Source: Candidatus Bipolaricaulia bacterium (GTDB lineage Bacteria > Bipolaricaulota > Bipolaricaulia > RBG-16-55-9). From it: 32,135 nt of DNA. A program made the position numbers and the translations under genes. The stretch covers positions 7,301 through 39,435 of the forward strand of contig JBDGQO010000100.1 in assembly GCA_042219045.1 (NCBI GenBank), in the 5' to 3' direction. The number at the start of each line of letters is the position of its first letter. The first letter of the stretch is position 1. Shown here piece after piece: positions 1-10,091 of this stretch. The notes beneath the pieces are model-generated. The model was given only the letters and a program-made list of their open reading frames with translations. It ran no database searches and had not been told where the DNA came from.

Positions 1-1319
1 ATGCCGGCGAAGCCGGGGCTGAGGCTGCGCTTGATCACCACGACCGTTCGGGCCTCGTCGACTTCCAGGATGGGCATCCCGGCGATCGGGTTGGACGGGT
101 CGTTGACCTCGTGAGCGACCGGGTTGACGACGTCGTTGGCGCCGACGACGATGGCGACGTCGGTCTGCTTGAACGTCGGGTTGATCTCGTCCATGTCCTT
201 CAGCTGGTCGTAGGGGACGTCGGCCTCTGCCAACAATACGTTCATGTGGCCCGGCATGCGACCCGCCACCGGGTGGATCGCGTACTCCACGTCGACGCCG
301 TGTCCTTCAAGGACGCTGGTCAACTCGCGGACGGTGTGCTGGGCCTGCGCCACAGCCAGCCCGTAGCCGGGCACCACAACCACCCGACTGGCCGTGTCGA
401 GCAGCATGGCGACCTCCTCGGGCGAGCTCGACTTGATGCGTCCTTCGTAGATGTCCTCCTCTTCGCCCTCGACGGCGGATTCGGGCTCGCCCCCCATGCC
501 GCCGAAGATGACGTTCGGCAGCGACCGGTTCATCGCCTTGCACATCAGGCTCGTCAGGATGAGGCCAGCCGCCCCCACCAACGAGCCCGAGATGATGAGC
601 GCGTTGTTGAACAGCACAAAGCCCGTCGCCGCGGCTGCCAACCCCGAATAGGAGTTGAGAAGCGACACGACCACCGGCATGTCCGCGCCGCCAATGGGGA
701 TAACCAACAGGACGCCGAGGACCGACGCCACGGCGACGAGGCCGAGATAGAACCACGGAACCGTTGGCGTTGCGATGAGGGCGATCGCGAGCGCGAGCGT
801 CCCGAGGAACAGCACGGCGTTGATGACGTGCTGGCCCGAAAACTGGACGGCGTTCTCGTTGACCACGCCCTGGAGTTTGCCGAACGCGACCAGGCTGCCC
901 CAGAACGTGAGCGCGCCGATCAATCCCGACGCAGCGGCGGCAATCAGGAAGATAAGCCCGACGTCAGCGCCCGTGGACTCGGCGATCCGCTGCACGAGCT
1001 CGGCGCCGGCCACCAGCGCCGAGGCGCCGCCGCCGAATCCGTTGAAAATCGCGACCAATTGCGGCATCGCCGTCATCTCGACGGTGAAGGCAAGCGTCCC
1101 ACCGAGCGCGCCGCCGACGGCCAGTCCGGCCAACACGACCCACCAGGCGACGATGTCCTGGCTGATGAGCGTGACGACCACGGCGAAAAGCATGCCGAGC
1201 GCGCCCATCACGTTCCCGCGAACGGCGGTGCGCGGGTGCGAAAGGTTTTTCAGGCCGAAGATGAACAGCGCGGCCGCCAGGAGGTAGACGAGGTTGACGA
1301 TTTCTGGCGCGAGCGACAT
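1..1319 (-). CDS. pntB: NAD(P)+ transhydrogenase subunit beta (3' end beyond window)
   Basis: Absent from the ORF track because the stop lies outside the window. Manual translation from ATG at 1319 gives MSLAPEIVNLVYLLAAALFIFGLKNLSHPRTAVRGN, then GYGLAVAQAQH, IHPVAGRMPGHMNVLLAEA and KRSLSPGFAG, which are PntB membrane and domain III motifs. Confidence 0.96.
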   Translation of the reverse strand, partial: MSLAPEIVNLVYLLAAALFIFGLKNLSHPRTAVRGNVMGALGMLFAVVVTLISQDIVAWWVVLAGLAVGGALGGTLAFTVEMTAMPQLVAIFNGFGGGASALVAGAELVQRIAESTGADVGLIFLIAAAASGLIGALTFWGSLVAFGKLQGVVNENAVQFSGQHVINAVLFLGTLALAIALIATPTVPWFYLGLVAVASVLGVLLVIPIGGADMPVVVSLLNSYSGLAAAATGFVLFNNALIISGSLVGAAGLILTSLMCKAMNRSLPNVIFGGMGGEPESAVEGEEEDIYEGRIKSSSPEEVAMLLDTASRVVVVPGYGLAVAQAQHTVRELTSVLEGHGVDVEYAIHPVAGRMPGHMNVLLAEADVPYDQLKDMDEINPTFKQTDVAIVVGANDVVNPVAHEVNDPSNPIAGMPILEVDEARTVVVIKRSLSPGFAG

Positions 1320-1326
1320 CGCTGGG

Positions 1327-1605
1327 TCAGTCCTTTCGGTGGAACATCTGCAGCATCCGGTGGGTCACGGAGAACCCGCCGACCACGTTGGTCGTGGCGA
1401 AGACGACGGCCATAAAGCCCAAGACGGTGGTCAGCGTTTCGGACTCCGCCCCGGCCGCCACGACGGCGCCGATCAGCGTAATGCCCGAGATGGCGTTGGC
1501 CCCCGACATCAAGGGCGTATGCAGGATCGGCGGGACCTTCGTGATCACCTCGAACCCGACGAAAATGGCCAGGACAAAGATGGTGAGCGCCGTGATCAAT
1601 TCCAT
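1327..1605 (-). CDS. pntAB: NAD(P)+ transhydrogenase subunit alpha, part 2 (membrane)
   Basis: 92 aa, hydrophobic, with motif VPPILHTPLMSGANAISG; lies between pntAA and pntB. Confidence 0.95.
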   Translation of the reverse strand: MELITALTIFVLAIFVGFEVITKVPPILHTPLMSGANAISGITLIGAVVAAGAESETLTTVLGFMAVVFATTNVVGGFSVTHRMLQMFHRKD

Positions 1606-1619
1606 GGACTCGGGCCTCC

Positions 1620-2837
1620 TTACGAGCTCTCCCCCTCCGTATCTGTGGGCGCGTCCTCGGCCGATGCCGAGGCCGTCTCGGCCGGCGCTTCCTCGAGCAG
1701 CTCGCGGACCGTCTCGTGCACGACGCGCCCGTCTCGGGTCAGCATCGTGTCGTGCACGATCTGATCCTCGGTGTCCGGCTCATCCAAGCCCCCGTGATCC
1801 AGCAGGTGTTCGAGGAAGTTGACGACGTTGGACGCGTACATCTGGCTGGCGTGCTTCGGGACGCTCGACGGCAGGTTTTCGGGGCCGATGACGGTCACTC
1901 CGTGGGCTTCGACGTTTCGGCCCGGTTCGGTCAGATCGCAGTTTCCGCCCCGTTCGGCGGCCAGGTCGACCAGAACCGAGCCGGGCGCCATCCCCTGCAC
2001 CATCTCCTCGGTCACGAGAATGGGCGCTTGCTTGCCGGGGACCGCGGCCGTGGTGACGACGACGTCGCTCTCGGCGACGACCTCGTTCATCATCTCCCGC
2101 TGTTTGCGATAGAACTCCTCATCCATCGCTTGGGCATAGCCGCCCTCGCCCGAGGCGTCGTCGGTCTCCAGCTCCAGCTCGACGAACGTCGCGCCGAGGC
2201 TTTCCACTTGCTCCTTGACCTCGGGGCGAATGTCGTAGGATTTGACGACGGCCCCGAGCCGGCGGGCCGTGGCGATCGCCTGGAGGCCGGCCACGCCCGC
2301 ACCGACGACGAAGGCACGGGCGGGCGTGATCGTGCCCGCCGCCGTCATCATCATGGGAAACATCTTCGGAAGCGCGTCGGCCGCCAGCAGGACGGACTTG
2401 TAGCCGCCGATGTTGGCCTGGGAGGAGAGCGCGTCCATGCTCTGCGCGCGGGAAATGCGCGGCATCAGCTCCATGGCATAGCTCGTGACGCCTTGCTCGG
2501 ACAGCTCGCGGGCCGAGTCGGGCTCGCTGAGCGGGTCCATCATCGCGACCAGCCCTTGCCCCTCACGCAAGCGGTCCAGGTCCTCCCGACCGGCGTCGCG
2601 ATTGGCGCCGAGCCCGCGCACCTGTGCGACCATGTCGGCGCCTTGGAAGATCTCGTCTCGGTTCTTAATTTGTGCCCCTTGGCTTTCAAAGGCATCGTCT
2701 GGGTGACCGGCCTCGTCGCCGGCACCGGACTCGACCCAGACCTCGTGCTCGGATTGGATGAGACGTTGGGCGAGCGAGGGGATCAGCGCGACGCGTCGCT
2801 CGCCGGGGTAGGTCTCGCGAGGAACTCCGACGATCAT
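1620..2837 (-). CDS. pntAA: NAD(P)+ transhydrogenase subunit alpha, part 1 (NAD(H)-binding domain I)
   Basis: Start moved to ATG 2837 (MIVGVPRETYPGERRVAL; SD GGAAGGGAG). Motifs PRISRAQSMDALSSQ, GAGVAGLQA, GEGGYA, DLAAERGGNC. Confidence 0.96.
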   Translation of the reverse strand: MIVGVPRETYPGERRVALIPSLAQRLIQSEHEVWVESGAGDEAGHPDDAFESQGAQIKNRDEIFQGADMVAQVRGLGANRDAGREDLDRLREGQGLVAMMDPLSEPDSARELSEQGVTSYAMELMPRISRAQSMDALSSQANIGGYKSVLLAADALPKMFPMMMTAAGTITPARAFVVGAGVAGLQAIATARRLGAVVKSYDIRPEVKEQVESLGATFVELELETDDASGEGGYAQAMDEEFYRKQREMMNEVVAESDVVVTTAAVPGKQAPILVTEEMVQGMAPGSVLVDLAAERGGNCDLTEPGRNVEAHGVTVIGPENLPSSVPKHASQMYASNVVNFLEHLLDHGGLDEPDTEDQIVHDTMLTRDGRVVHETVRELLEEAPAETASASAEDAPTDTEGESS

Positions 2838-2997
2838 GGCGCTCCCTTCCTGCCAGATGTAGCGGATTCCACAGGGATGCTTGATGATAAACGACGGCAC
2901 AGATCAGCGCAAATGGCGGCCGGGACGTCGTATTGATGATCGCTTGTCACGAACACACCCTCCAAAGCACGTTCCCCTTCTCAAAGCTCATGCAGAC

Positions 2998-4428
2998 CTA
3001 AAGCAGCGTACTGGCCACGCTCATCAACGCATCCAAGATCGGCGCCGGGAACAGCCCGAAGCCGATCACGAACGCCAAGGCCACGGCGATGGATGCCAGC
3101 AAAGGCACGGGCACAGTCAGGCGTTTCGGGTGCGGGTTGCTGGCGAACTGCGGGGCCACCTCGGTGAAGTACATGGCTTTCAGCACGCGGGCGTAGTAGC
3201 CGAGCGACAGCGCCGAGTTGAGCACGCCGAAGATCGCCAGCCAGATCAGCCAGGTCGGGCCCTCGATGCCGGCCTGGACCGCGCTGGAGAAGAGCACGAA
3301 CTTGCTCTGAAAGCCCACGAGCGGCGGAATCCCCGCCAAGGAGATCATGAACACGGCCATCGACACGGCCAAAAACGGCTGGCGCTGCGACAATCCAGCA
3401 AACAATGGGAAGTCGTCGCGCTCATTGCCGCTGACTGCGGCTACCACGAGGAACGCCCCCACGGTCATGACCGAGTGCGTGACGATGTGGAACAGCCCGC
3501 CCGCAAGGCCGTACTGCGTGGCGACCGGGAAGGCAATGAGGATGTAGCCGGCTTGGGCAATCGAGGAGTAGGCGAGCATGCGCTTGACGCTCGATTGCGT
3601 GAGCGCCATGAAGTTCCCCATCGTCATCGTCAGCACAGCCAAGACGCCGAAGACGGGTGCCCACTGCATCTTGAGCGCGATCAGCCCCAGGAAAAAGATC
3701 TTCAACAGGACCGCGAATCCCATCTTCTTCGAGCCCGTGGCCAAGAGTGCCGTGATCGGGGTCGGCGCGCCCTCGTAGGTGTCCGGCGCCCAGAGGTGGA
3801 ACGGGATCACCGTGATCTTGAAGCCGAAGCCGGCCAGCACCAGCACCACGCCGATCTGGAAGACCGACGCAAGGCCAGACCCCTCGACGTTGGTTGCCAG
3901 CTCGCTGATCGTCGTCGTCCCCGAGACGCCGTAGAGCAGCGAGATGCCGTAGAGCGCGAGCGCGCTGCTGAATGCCCCGATCACGAAGAATTTGGTGGCG
4001 GCCTCGACAGAAGCTTCGCGCTGTTTCGGATAAGCGACCAAGGCGTAGGTGGACAGACTGGAGAGCTCGAAGCTGACGAACAGCGTAATGAGGTCCGTGG
4101 CGCCCGCGACGCCGAGCATGCCGACGGTGGCGAACAAGAGCAGCGCGTAGTATTCCTTGGCCCGATCGGCGTGGACGCGCTCGGTGGAGCCGAGCCCCAC
4201 TAGGATCGCCATGCCGAGGAAGAGCGCCATGAACGCCAGCGCGAAGGCGTCGATGGCGATCGTGCCGAAGAAGAACGTCTCCTGCGGCATGACGGTCAGG
4301 CTCGCCAGCGCCAAGACCAGCCCGAACAGCGCCAGCTCCTGCTCCACGCGGCGGGTCAAGAGGATGGCGAATGCGGCGACGACGAGGATCAGCTCGGGCA
4401 GGATTCCGAGAAGGTCATAGGCGGTCAC
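2998..4428 (-). CDS. nuoN: Complex I/Fpo-like subunit N
   Basis: Antiporter-like; FELSSLSTYAL, GFGFKITVIPFHLWAPDTYEGAPTP, KRMLAYSSIAQAGY; last gene of the nuo series. Confidence 0.95.
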   Translation of the reverse strand: MTAYDLLGILPELILVVAAFAILLTRRVEQELALFGLVLALASLTVMPQETFFFGTIAIDAFALAFMALFLGMAILVGLGSTERVHADRAKEYYALLLFATVGMLGVAGATDLITLFVSFELSSLSTYALVAYPKQREASVEAATKFFVIGAFSSALALYGISLLYGVSGTTTISELATNVEGSGLASVFQIGVVLVLAGFGFKITVIPFHLWAPDTYEGAPTPITALLATGSKKMGFAVLLKIFFLGLIALKMQWAPVFGVLAVLTMTMGNFMALTQSSVKRMLAYSSIAQAGYILIAFPVATQYGLAGGLFHIVTHSVMTVGAFLVVAAVSGNERDDFPLFAGLSQRQPFLAVSMAVFMISLAGIPPLVGFQSKFVLFSSAVQAGIEGPTWLIWLAIFGVLNSALSLGYYARVLKAMYFTEVAPQFASNPHPKRLTVPVPLLASIAVALAFVIGFGLFPAPILDALMSVASTLL

Positions 4429-5891
4429 GGTTTCACCCCTAGCGTCAAGATCGGCTCAAGGACGTTCTGGGCGACGGCGGCGTCGATCGGCCCCATCCAG
4501 ACCGCCGGGACCACGCCGAAGACGATGATCAGCGCCACCAAGGCCATCATCGGCCAGAATTCATACGGCTTCACGTCATGCGACGCTTCCGCTATTGGTG
4601 TCAGTTGGCCGAACATGCTCCGTTTGAGTGCCCATAAGTAGTAACCGGCCGTCAGCACGACCGTCAGCACGGGCAGCAGGATCCACCAGCCGAAGGCGAC
4701 GAATGCCGACGCGAACACGGTGAACTCGGCGACGAACTGGACCATGCCCGGCAGCCCCAGCGACGCCAATGAGCCGGCCATGATGATGAACCCAGCTTTC
4801 GGGGCCGTCAGCGCCAGGCCGCCCAGCTTGGGGATCTCGCGCGTGCCGGCGCCGTGATGGATCGCGCCGACGATCATGAACAGCAGCCCGCTGATCAGTC
4901 CATGCGCAAACATCATGTAGACCGCGGCCGTGACCCCGGCCTGGCCGAGTACCGCCGTGCCGAGCAGCACCATGCCCATGTGGCTGATGCTCGAATAGGC
5001 CACCAGGCGCTTCAGGTCGCTCTGGGCCAGACAGACGAGCGCGGCGTAGAGAATGCTCAACACGCCCAAGACGACCATCACCGGCACGAAGGCTTGCGCC
5101 CCTTCCGGCAACAGGGGCAGCGAGACCCGGATCAGCCCGTAGGAGCCCAGCTTCAGCAGGACGCCGGCCAGGATGACCGAGCCGCCCGTGGGCGCCTGGA
5201 CGTGGGCGTCCGGCAGCCAGGTGTGGACGGGGACTTGCGGCATCTTGACGAGAAAGCCGATGAAGAGCGCCGCAAAGATAAGGACCTGCGTGTTGCGCGC
5301 CAAATCGGGCGCCATCCCTGCTAACTGCGTAATGTCGAAGGTCTGCGCACCTGTGGAGAAGTAAAGCGCCATGACGCCGACGAGCATCACCAGGCTGGCG
5401 GTGAACGTGTAGACGAAGAACTTGACCGCGGCGTACTCTTTGCGTTCGCCGCCCCAGCCGCGGATGATGAAGTACATCGGCACCAACACCAGCTCCCAGA
5501 AGACATAAAAGAGAAACAGGTCGAGCGCGGTGAAGACGCCGATCACGGCCAGTTGCAGCAGGAAGAACAGCGAGAAGTACGCCCGGTCGGCGACGTTCCA
5601 GGAGAAGATCACCACCAGCATGGTCAACAGCGCCGTCAGCCAGAGCATGGGCAGGCTGATGCCGTCGACGCCGACTTTATACTGGACGCCGATCTGCGGC
5701 ACCCAGGAGGCGGCGTCGACAAACTGATAGCCCGGCGCGCCCGGCTGGAATGTGAGGGCGGCCAGCGTCGCGAGCCCAAAGATGGCAACCGACAGCACCA
5801 GCGCGATCGGCTTGACGGCGTCTCCGCGCACGACCCAGAGGACGGAGGCGCCGAACAGCGACAGCAGCAGCATCCATGTCACGAGACCCAT
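4425..5891 (-). CDS. nuoM: Complex I/Fpo-like subunit M
   Basis: FWELVLVPMY, VKMPQVPVHTWLPDAHVQAPT, LLKLGSYG, DLKRLVAYSSISHMG. Confidence 0.95.
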   Translation of the reverse strand: MGLVTWMLLLSLFGASVLWVVRGDAVKPIALVLSVAIFGLATLAALTFQPGAPGYQFVDAASWVPQIGVQYKVGVDGISLPMLWLTALLTMLVVIFSWNVADRAYFSLFFLLQLAVIGVFTALDLFLFYVFWELVLVPMYFIIRGWGGERKEYAAVKFFVYTFTASLVMLVGVMALYFSTGAQTFDITQLAGMAPDLARNTQVLIFAALFIGFLVKMPQVPVHTWLPDAHVQAPTGGSVILAGVLLKLGSYGLIRVSLPLLPEGAQAFVPVMVVLGVLSILYAALVCLAQSDLKRLVAYSSISHMGMVLLGTAVLGQAGVTAAVYMMFAHGLISGLLFMIVGAIHHGAGTREIPKLGGLALTAPKAGFIIMAGSLASLGLPGMVQFVAEFTVFASAFVAFGWWILLPVLTVVLTAGYYLWALKRSMFGQLTPIAEASHDVKPYEFWPMMALVALIIVFGVVPAVWMGPIDAAVAQNVLEPILTLGVKP

Positions 5892-5897
5892 TGGGCG

Positions 5898-7814
5898 TTA
5901 CCTCCAGATAAAGACGACCATGAGGACGACGACGCCGACGAGCACCCAGCCCGCGTAGTCGCTGACCAAGCCGGTGGCCGTACGCCGTAAGCGTGTGCCG
6001 AGCCGCGCGCTGCCCAGCGCTATACCGTTGATGAGCCCGTCCACGCCGCGTCGGTCGACGACGTCGACGCCCTTGGCGAAGCCGACCGTGACTCGGCCGG
6101 CCAGCCCGTTGGCGAGGTCGTCGAGGTAGTAGTTGCGCTCCAGGGCGCGATAGAACGCGGCGCCCGCGGCCGTGCGGTAGCGCGAGATGTCCATGCCGCG
6201 GTGATAGATGAGATAGGCCAGGCCGATCCCGGCCAGCGCCATCGCGATCGACAGGAGCGTCCACGGGTTGCCGAAGGTCACCGCCAGGTACTCGCCCGGC
6301 GGCAGCGCGTGCGGCTCGCCGAAGGCGATGAAGCTCCCAAAGCCAGCAAAGACGAGGAAGCCCGAACCGAACGCGAATATCGCCAGGACAATGAGGGGCC
6401 AGGTCATTAAGGGCGGTGACTCGTGCGGATGGACGTCGGGATCCCAGCGTTTCGTGCCCGCGAACGTCATGAACCAGAGCCGGAAGAGATAGAACGAGGT
6501 CAAAAAGACGGTGATGAAGCCGAAGGCCCACGCCAGCGTCACCAGGAAGCTCCCGTTGGCGGTCGTCAGCGCCGAAGCGAGGATTTCGTCCTTGCTCCAG
6601 AAGCCGCTCGTCGGCGGAATGCCGGCGTTGGAGAGCGCGCCCACGAGCATGGCGGTTCCGGTGATCTTGAGCTTCGGCCAGAGCTGGCCCATGCGCCGCA
6701 TGTCGGTCCGCTCGCTCATGGCGTGCATGACCGACCCGGCGCAGAGGAAGAGCAGGGCCTTGAAGAACGCGTGGTTCATGAGGTGGAACAAACCAGCTGT
6801 GTAGCCCGTCGCTTCATGTTGGTGAACGGCGTAGGCCAACCCACCGACGCCGAGCCCCAGGAACATGTAGCCGAGTTGGGAGATCGTGGAGTAGGCGAGC
6901 ACGCGCTTGATGTCGTTCTTCATCGTGGCCAGTACCGCCGCCAGGATCGCGGTGAAGCCGCCGACGAGCGCGATGAAGACGAGGTTGCCGCTCATCATGA
7001 CGAGCAAGGGCATGGTGCGCGCGACGAGGTAGACGCCCGCTTTGACCATGGCGGCGGCGTGGATGAGCGCGGAGACGGTCGTCGGGCCCTCCATGGCGTC
7101 GGGCAGCCAGATATGCAGCGGGAACTGGGCGGATTTGCCAACCGCTCCGCCGAAGATGAACAAGCCGGCGAGGCCGATCGCCCACATCTGATCGGGCGGG
7201 ACGGTCATGCTGAACAGCTCCGTGAACTGCAGCGTCTTGAACTGCACCAGCAGAACCACGAGCCCGAGCAGGAAGAAGAGATCGCCCACCCGCGTCACGA
7301 GGAAGGCTTTGATCGCGGCGGCCGAGGCGGACGGGCGCTCGTACCAGAACCCGATCAAGAGATACGAGCACAGGCCCACCAGCTCCCAGAAGACGTAGAC
7401 CGCCAGGTAGTTGTCGGCCAGCACGACGCCGAGCATCGAGCCGATGAACAGCGACACCTCCGCGAAGTAGCGCGGGCGCCGCTTGCCCTCGTGGCTCATG
7501 TAGCTGATGGAGTAGATCAGGATGAGGAAGCTGACGAAGCTGACGACCATCGTGAGCAGTGCCGCCAGGTGGTCGATGTAGATGCCGACGTTCAATTGAA
7601 AGTCGCCGGCGGTGAACCAGGTGAACGTCTGATGAAAAACTTCCTCGCTGTGTAGCGCCTGCCACCCGAGCGGCAGCGCAATGACCACGGAGAGTCCGCC
7701 CGCGGCCACGGCCAGCCAGCCGCCGCCGTCGCGCAGGCGCGGCCCCAACACGGCGATGACGACCGCCGCCGCCAGGGGAATCGCCGGAATCAGCCAGGCA
7801 AGTTGATAGCTCAT
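5898..7814 (-). CDS. nuoL: Complex I/Fpo-like subunit L
   Basis: WELVGLCSYLLIGFW, GKSAQFPLHIWLPDAMEGPT, FHLMNHAFFKALLF; long C-terminal extension. Confidence 0.95.
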   Translation of the reverse strand: MSYQLAWLIPAIPLAAAVVIAVLGPRLRDGGGWLAVAAGGLSVVIALPLGWQALHSEEVFHQTFTWFTAGDFQLNVGIYIDHLAALLTMVVSFVSFLILIYSISYMSHEGKRRPRYFAEVSLFIGSMLGVVLADNYLAVYVFWELVGLCSYLLIGFWYERPSASAAAIKAFLVTRVGDLFFLLGLVVLLVQFKTLQFTELFSMTVPPDQMWAIGLAGLFIFGGAVGKSAQFPLHIWLPDAMEGPTTVSALIHAAAMVKAGVYLVARTMPLLVMMSGNLVFIALVGGFTAILAAVLATMKNDIKRVLAYSTISQLGYMFLGLGVGGLAYAVHQHEATGYTAGLFHLMNHAFFKALLFLCAGSVMHAMSERTDMRRMGQLWPKLKITGTAMLVGALSNAGIPPTSGFWSKDEILASALTTANGSFLVTLAWAFGFITVFLTSFYLFRLWFMTFAGTKRWDPDVHPHESPPLMTWPLIVLAIFAFGSGFLVFAGFGSFIAFGEPHALPPGEYLAVTFGNPWTLLSIAMALAGIGLAYLIYHRGMDISRYRTAAGAAFYRALERNYYLDDLANGLAGRVTVGFAKGVDVVDRRGVDGLINGIALGSARLGTRLRRTATGLVSDYAGWVLVGVVVLMVVFIWR

Positions 7815-7818
7815 CCCA

Positions 7819-8121
7819 TTAGCCCCTCAAGGTCGTGAGCAGGCTCACGTCGATGCTCTTGCGCAGCCGGAACAGCGCGATGAAGATCGACAGTCCCACG
7901 GCGGCTTCGGCCGCGGCGAGGGCGATGGAGAACAGCGCGAAGACGTAGCCGAGCGCGTGATCGTGGAACGCCGCGAACGCGACGAGGTTGATGTTGGCGG
8001 CGTTCAAGAGCAGCTCCACGCACATCAGGATCTTGATCCCGTTGCGGGAGACCAATAGTCCATAGGTGCCGATGGCGAACAGCAGCGCGCTGAGCGCGAG
8101 GTAGGCGGATATCGGCATCAT
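7819..8121 (-). CDS. nuoK: Complex I/Fpo-like subunit K
   Basis: Start at MMPISAY (ATG 8121, ATGA overlap with the J2 stop). Motifs LMCVELLLNAANIN and AAAEAAVGL. Confidence 0.94.
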   Translation of the reverse strand: MMPISAYLALSALLFAIGTYGLLVSRNGIKILMCVELLLNAANINLVAFAAFHDHALGYVFALFSIALAAAEAAVGLSIFIALFRLRKSIDVSLLTTLRG

Positions 8122-8348
8122 GATGAGGATCCCTTCCACGCGAGATAGAGCGCCCCGACCAAGGCGGCCACGAGCAACACCGACACGATCTCGAACGCGA
8201 GCAGATAGGGCCCAAAGAGGACTTCTCCGATCGCCTTAAAGTTGTCGGCGCCGAGAGGGGCACTCTGCCAAGCCTCCGGCGCCAGAATCAGGACGACCAG
8301 GATCGTCGCAAACAGGCCGGCGGCGACGCCGGCCAGGGCTCGTCGCAT
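8118..8348 (-). CDS. nuoJ2: Complex I subunit J, C-terminal half (J2)
   Basis: Start MRRALAG at 8348. IGEVLFGPYLLAFEIVSVLLVAALVGALYLA matches the NuoJ C-terminal helix. Confidence 0.88.
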   Translation of the reverse strand: MRRALAGVAAGLFATILVVLILAPEAWQSAPLGADNFKAIGEVLFGPYLLAFEIVSVLLVAALVGALYLAWKGSSS

Positions 8349-8349
8349 G

Positions 8350-8598
8350 TCAGCTCTCCTCCTCCTCGATCTCGCGGTTGGCGAACATGATCGCAAAGAG
8401 AATGAGCGTCACGACCGCGCCCGCGTAGACGAGCAACTGGACCACGGCCAGGAACTCGGCACTCAGGGTCAAAAACAGCGACGCCACGACGCCGAGGCTG
8501 GCCGCGAGGCAGAGCGCGGCGTAGGTGATCTTGTTCGTGTGGACGACCATCAGCGCGGCGACGACCAGAGCGACGGCCAGAATCCCGAAGACGATCAT
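8350..8598 (-). CDS. nuoJ1: Complex I subunit J, N-terminal half (J1)
   Basis: Three hydrophobic helices; LSAEFLAVVQLLVYAGAVVTLILFAIM is the NuoJ TM3 motif. Confidence 0.9.
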   Translation of the reverse strand: MIVFGILAVALVVAALMVVHTNKITYAALCLAASLGVVASLFLTLSAEFLAVVQLLVYAGAVVTLILFAIMFANREIEEEES

Positions 8599-9092
8599 GA
8601 GCGTTCTCCCGCCTCGATGAGCGGCTCCTCGTCCTCGCTCGGCGCCGGCGGCGGGGTCTGGGGCGGAACCGGGGCCTCCCAGATCTCCTCCTCGCGGTGG
8701 CCGAGCATTGACGGGGTGTAGTCGAAGTTGTCGCGGTCGTATTTAGAGATCTCGAACTGGGTCGTGTGGCGGATGGCGCTGGTGGGGCAGACCTCCTCGC
8801 ACCAGCCGCAGTAGGTGCACATGGCGACGTCGACTTGGGGATAGAGGTTGACTTCGCGGTCCCGCGGGTTGGCCGTGTTGTCGATGGGATCCCAGGGAAC
8901 CATCTTGAGCGCCCCGTTCGGACAGGCCTGCTCGCACATGAGACAGCCCGTGCAGATGTCGGTGTCGAGGAAGAGCCGCCCGCGGAAGCGCTCCGGCAGA
9001 TGGGGGCGCTCTTCGGGATACTGGACGACCACGGAACGACGGAAGAAGTTCACCAGCGTCACGGCCATGCCGCGAAGGGCGCCGACGATCAT
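8595..9092 (-). CDS. nuoI: Complex I subunit I (2x[4Fe-4S])
   Basis: Start MIVGALRGM at 9092 (TAATG overlap with the nuoH stop). QYPEERPHLPERFRG; CTGCLMCEQACP and CTYCGWCEEVCP. Confidence 0.94.
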   Translation of the reverse strand: MIVGALRGMAVTLVNFFRRSVVVQYPEERPHLPERFRGRLFLDTDICTGCLMCEQACPNGALKMVPWDPIDNTANPRDREVNLYPQVDVAMCTYCGWCEEVCPTSAIRHTTQFEISKYDRDNFDYTPSMLGHREEEIWEAPVPPQTPPPAPSEDEEPLIEAGERS

Positions 9093-10075
9093 TACTGAAT
9101 CACCCCGGTAAGAACGAGAATGGCCGTCAACACGAGGTTGACGAGCGAGAGCGGAAAGAGGAACTTCCAGTTGATGTTGAGAAATTGATCGATGCGCACG
9201 CGCGGTAGGCTGTTCCAGACCCAGAAGACGACGAACATGAGCACGGCCGCCTTGGCGAAGAACCAGAGGAACGACAGCTGCCAGGGCAGGTCCAGCCCGA
9301 AGGGGCCGAGCCAGCCGCCGAAGTAGAGCGTCACGGTCAGCGCGGCGATGAAGAAGACGTTGGCGAAGATGGTCAAAAAGAAGAACGCGAAGCGCATGCC
9401 GCTGTACTCGGTCATGAACCCGGCGATCAGTTCGCTCTCGGCCTCGGCGAGGTCGAAGGGGATGATGCCGACTTTGCCGACCAGCGCGGTGAAGAAGACG
9501 AACAGGCCGATGATCTGGGGAAGGAAGAACCACAGCCCGCGTTGGGCCTCGACGATCGCCTGCGTGTTGGCCGAGCCGGCCATCATGATGACCGACAATG
9601 CCGACAGCAACAGCGGCACTTCGTAGCTGACGTCCATGGCGCCGGCGCGCAGCGCGCCGATCAGCGAGTACTTGTTGTTGGACGCCCAGCCGGCCAGCAG
9701 CTCGCCCAAGGGAGCGAACGCGGCCAGCGCGAACAGCAGCACCAGCCCCAGCCGCACGTCGGTGATCAGCAGCCCCTGGCCGAACGGAATCGGACTGAAG
9801 GCCAGCACGGCGGGCACGAACATCAGATAGGGCGCCAGCCGGAAGCCGATCTTCTCCGAGCGCCGCGGAACGGTGTCTTCCTTGGAGATCAGCTTGACCC
9901 CGTCGGCCACGAACTGGATGACGCCGTAGGGGCCGACCCGATTGGGCCCGAGCCGCTGGCCGAAGTCCGCGAAGAGCTTGCGGAAGACGTAGGTCAGAAC
10001 CCCGCCGGCGCCCGCCACGAGGCCGATGAGGGCGACCGATCCGACCGCGTAAATGCCGATCTGGGTTGCGCTCAT
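9092..10075 (-). CDS. nuoH: Complex I subunit H
   Basis: RLGPNRVGPYG, ADGVKLISKED, GWASNNKYSLIGALR, PFDLAEAESELIAGFMTEYSG, LPRVRIDQ. Confidence 0.96.
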   Translation of the reverse strand: MSATQIGIYAVGSVALIGLVAGAGGVLTYVFRKLFADFGQRLGPNRVGPYGVIQFVADGVKLISKEDTVPRRSEKIGFRLAPYLMFVPAVLAFSPIPFGQGLLITDVRLGLVLLFALAAFAPLGELLAGWASNNKYSLIGALRAGAMDVSYEVPLLLSALSVIMMAGSANTQAIVEAQRGLWFFLPQIIGLFVFFTALVGKVGIIPFDLAEAESELIAGFMTEYSGMRFAFFFLTIFANVFFIAALTVTLYFGGWLGPFGLDLPWQLSFLWFFAKAAVLMFVVFWVWNSLPRVRIDQFLNINWKFLFPLSLVNLVLTAILVLTGVIQ

Positions 10076-10091
10076 GTCAATGTCTTCCCCA

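Noticed and set aside
1327..2837. Split pntA as a frameshift or novelty
   Set aside because: The three-gene pntAA/pntAB/pntB layout is established (e.g. Rhodospirillum rubrum, Thermus).
2881..2952. TTGATGAT repeated at 2881 and 2933 upstream of pntAA as FNR sites
   Set aside because: Only half-sites; spacing to a TCA half does not fit TGA-N6-TCA.
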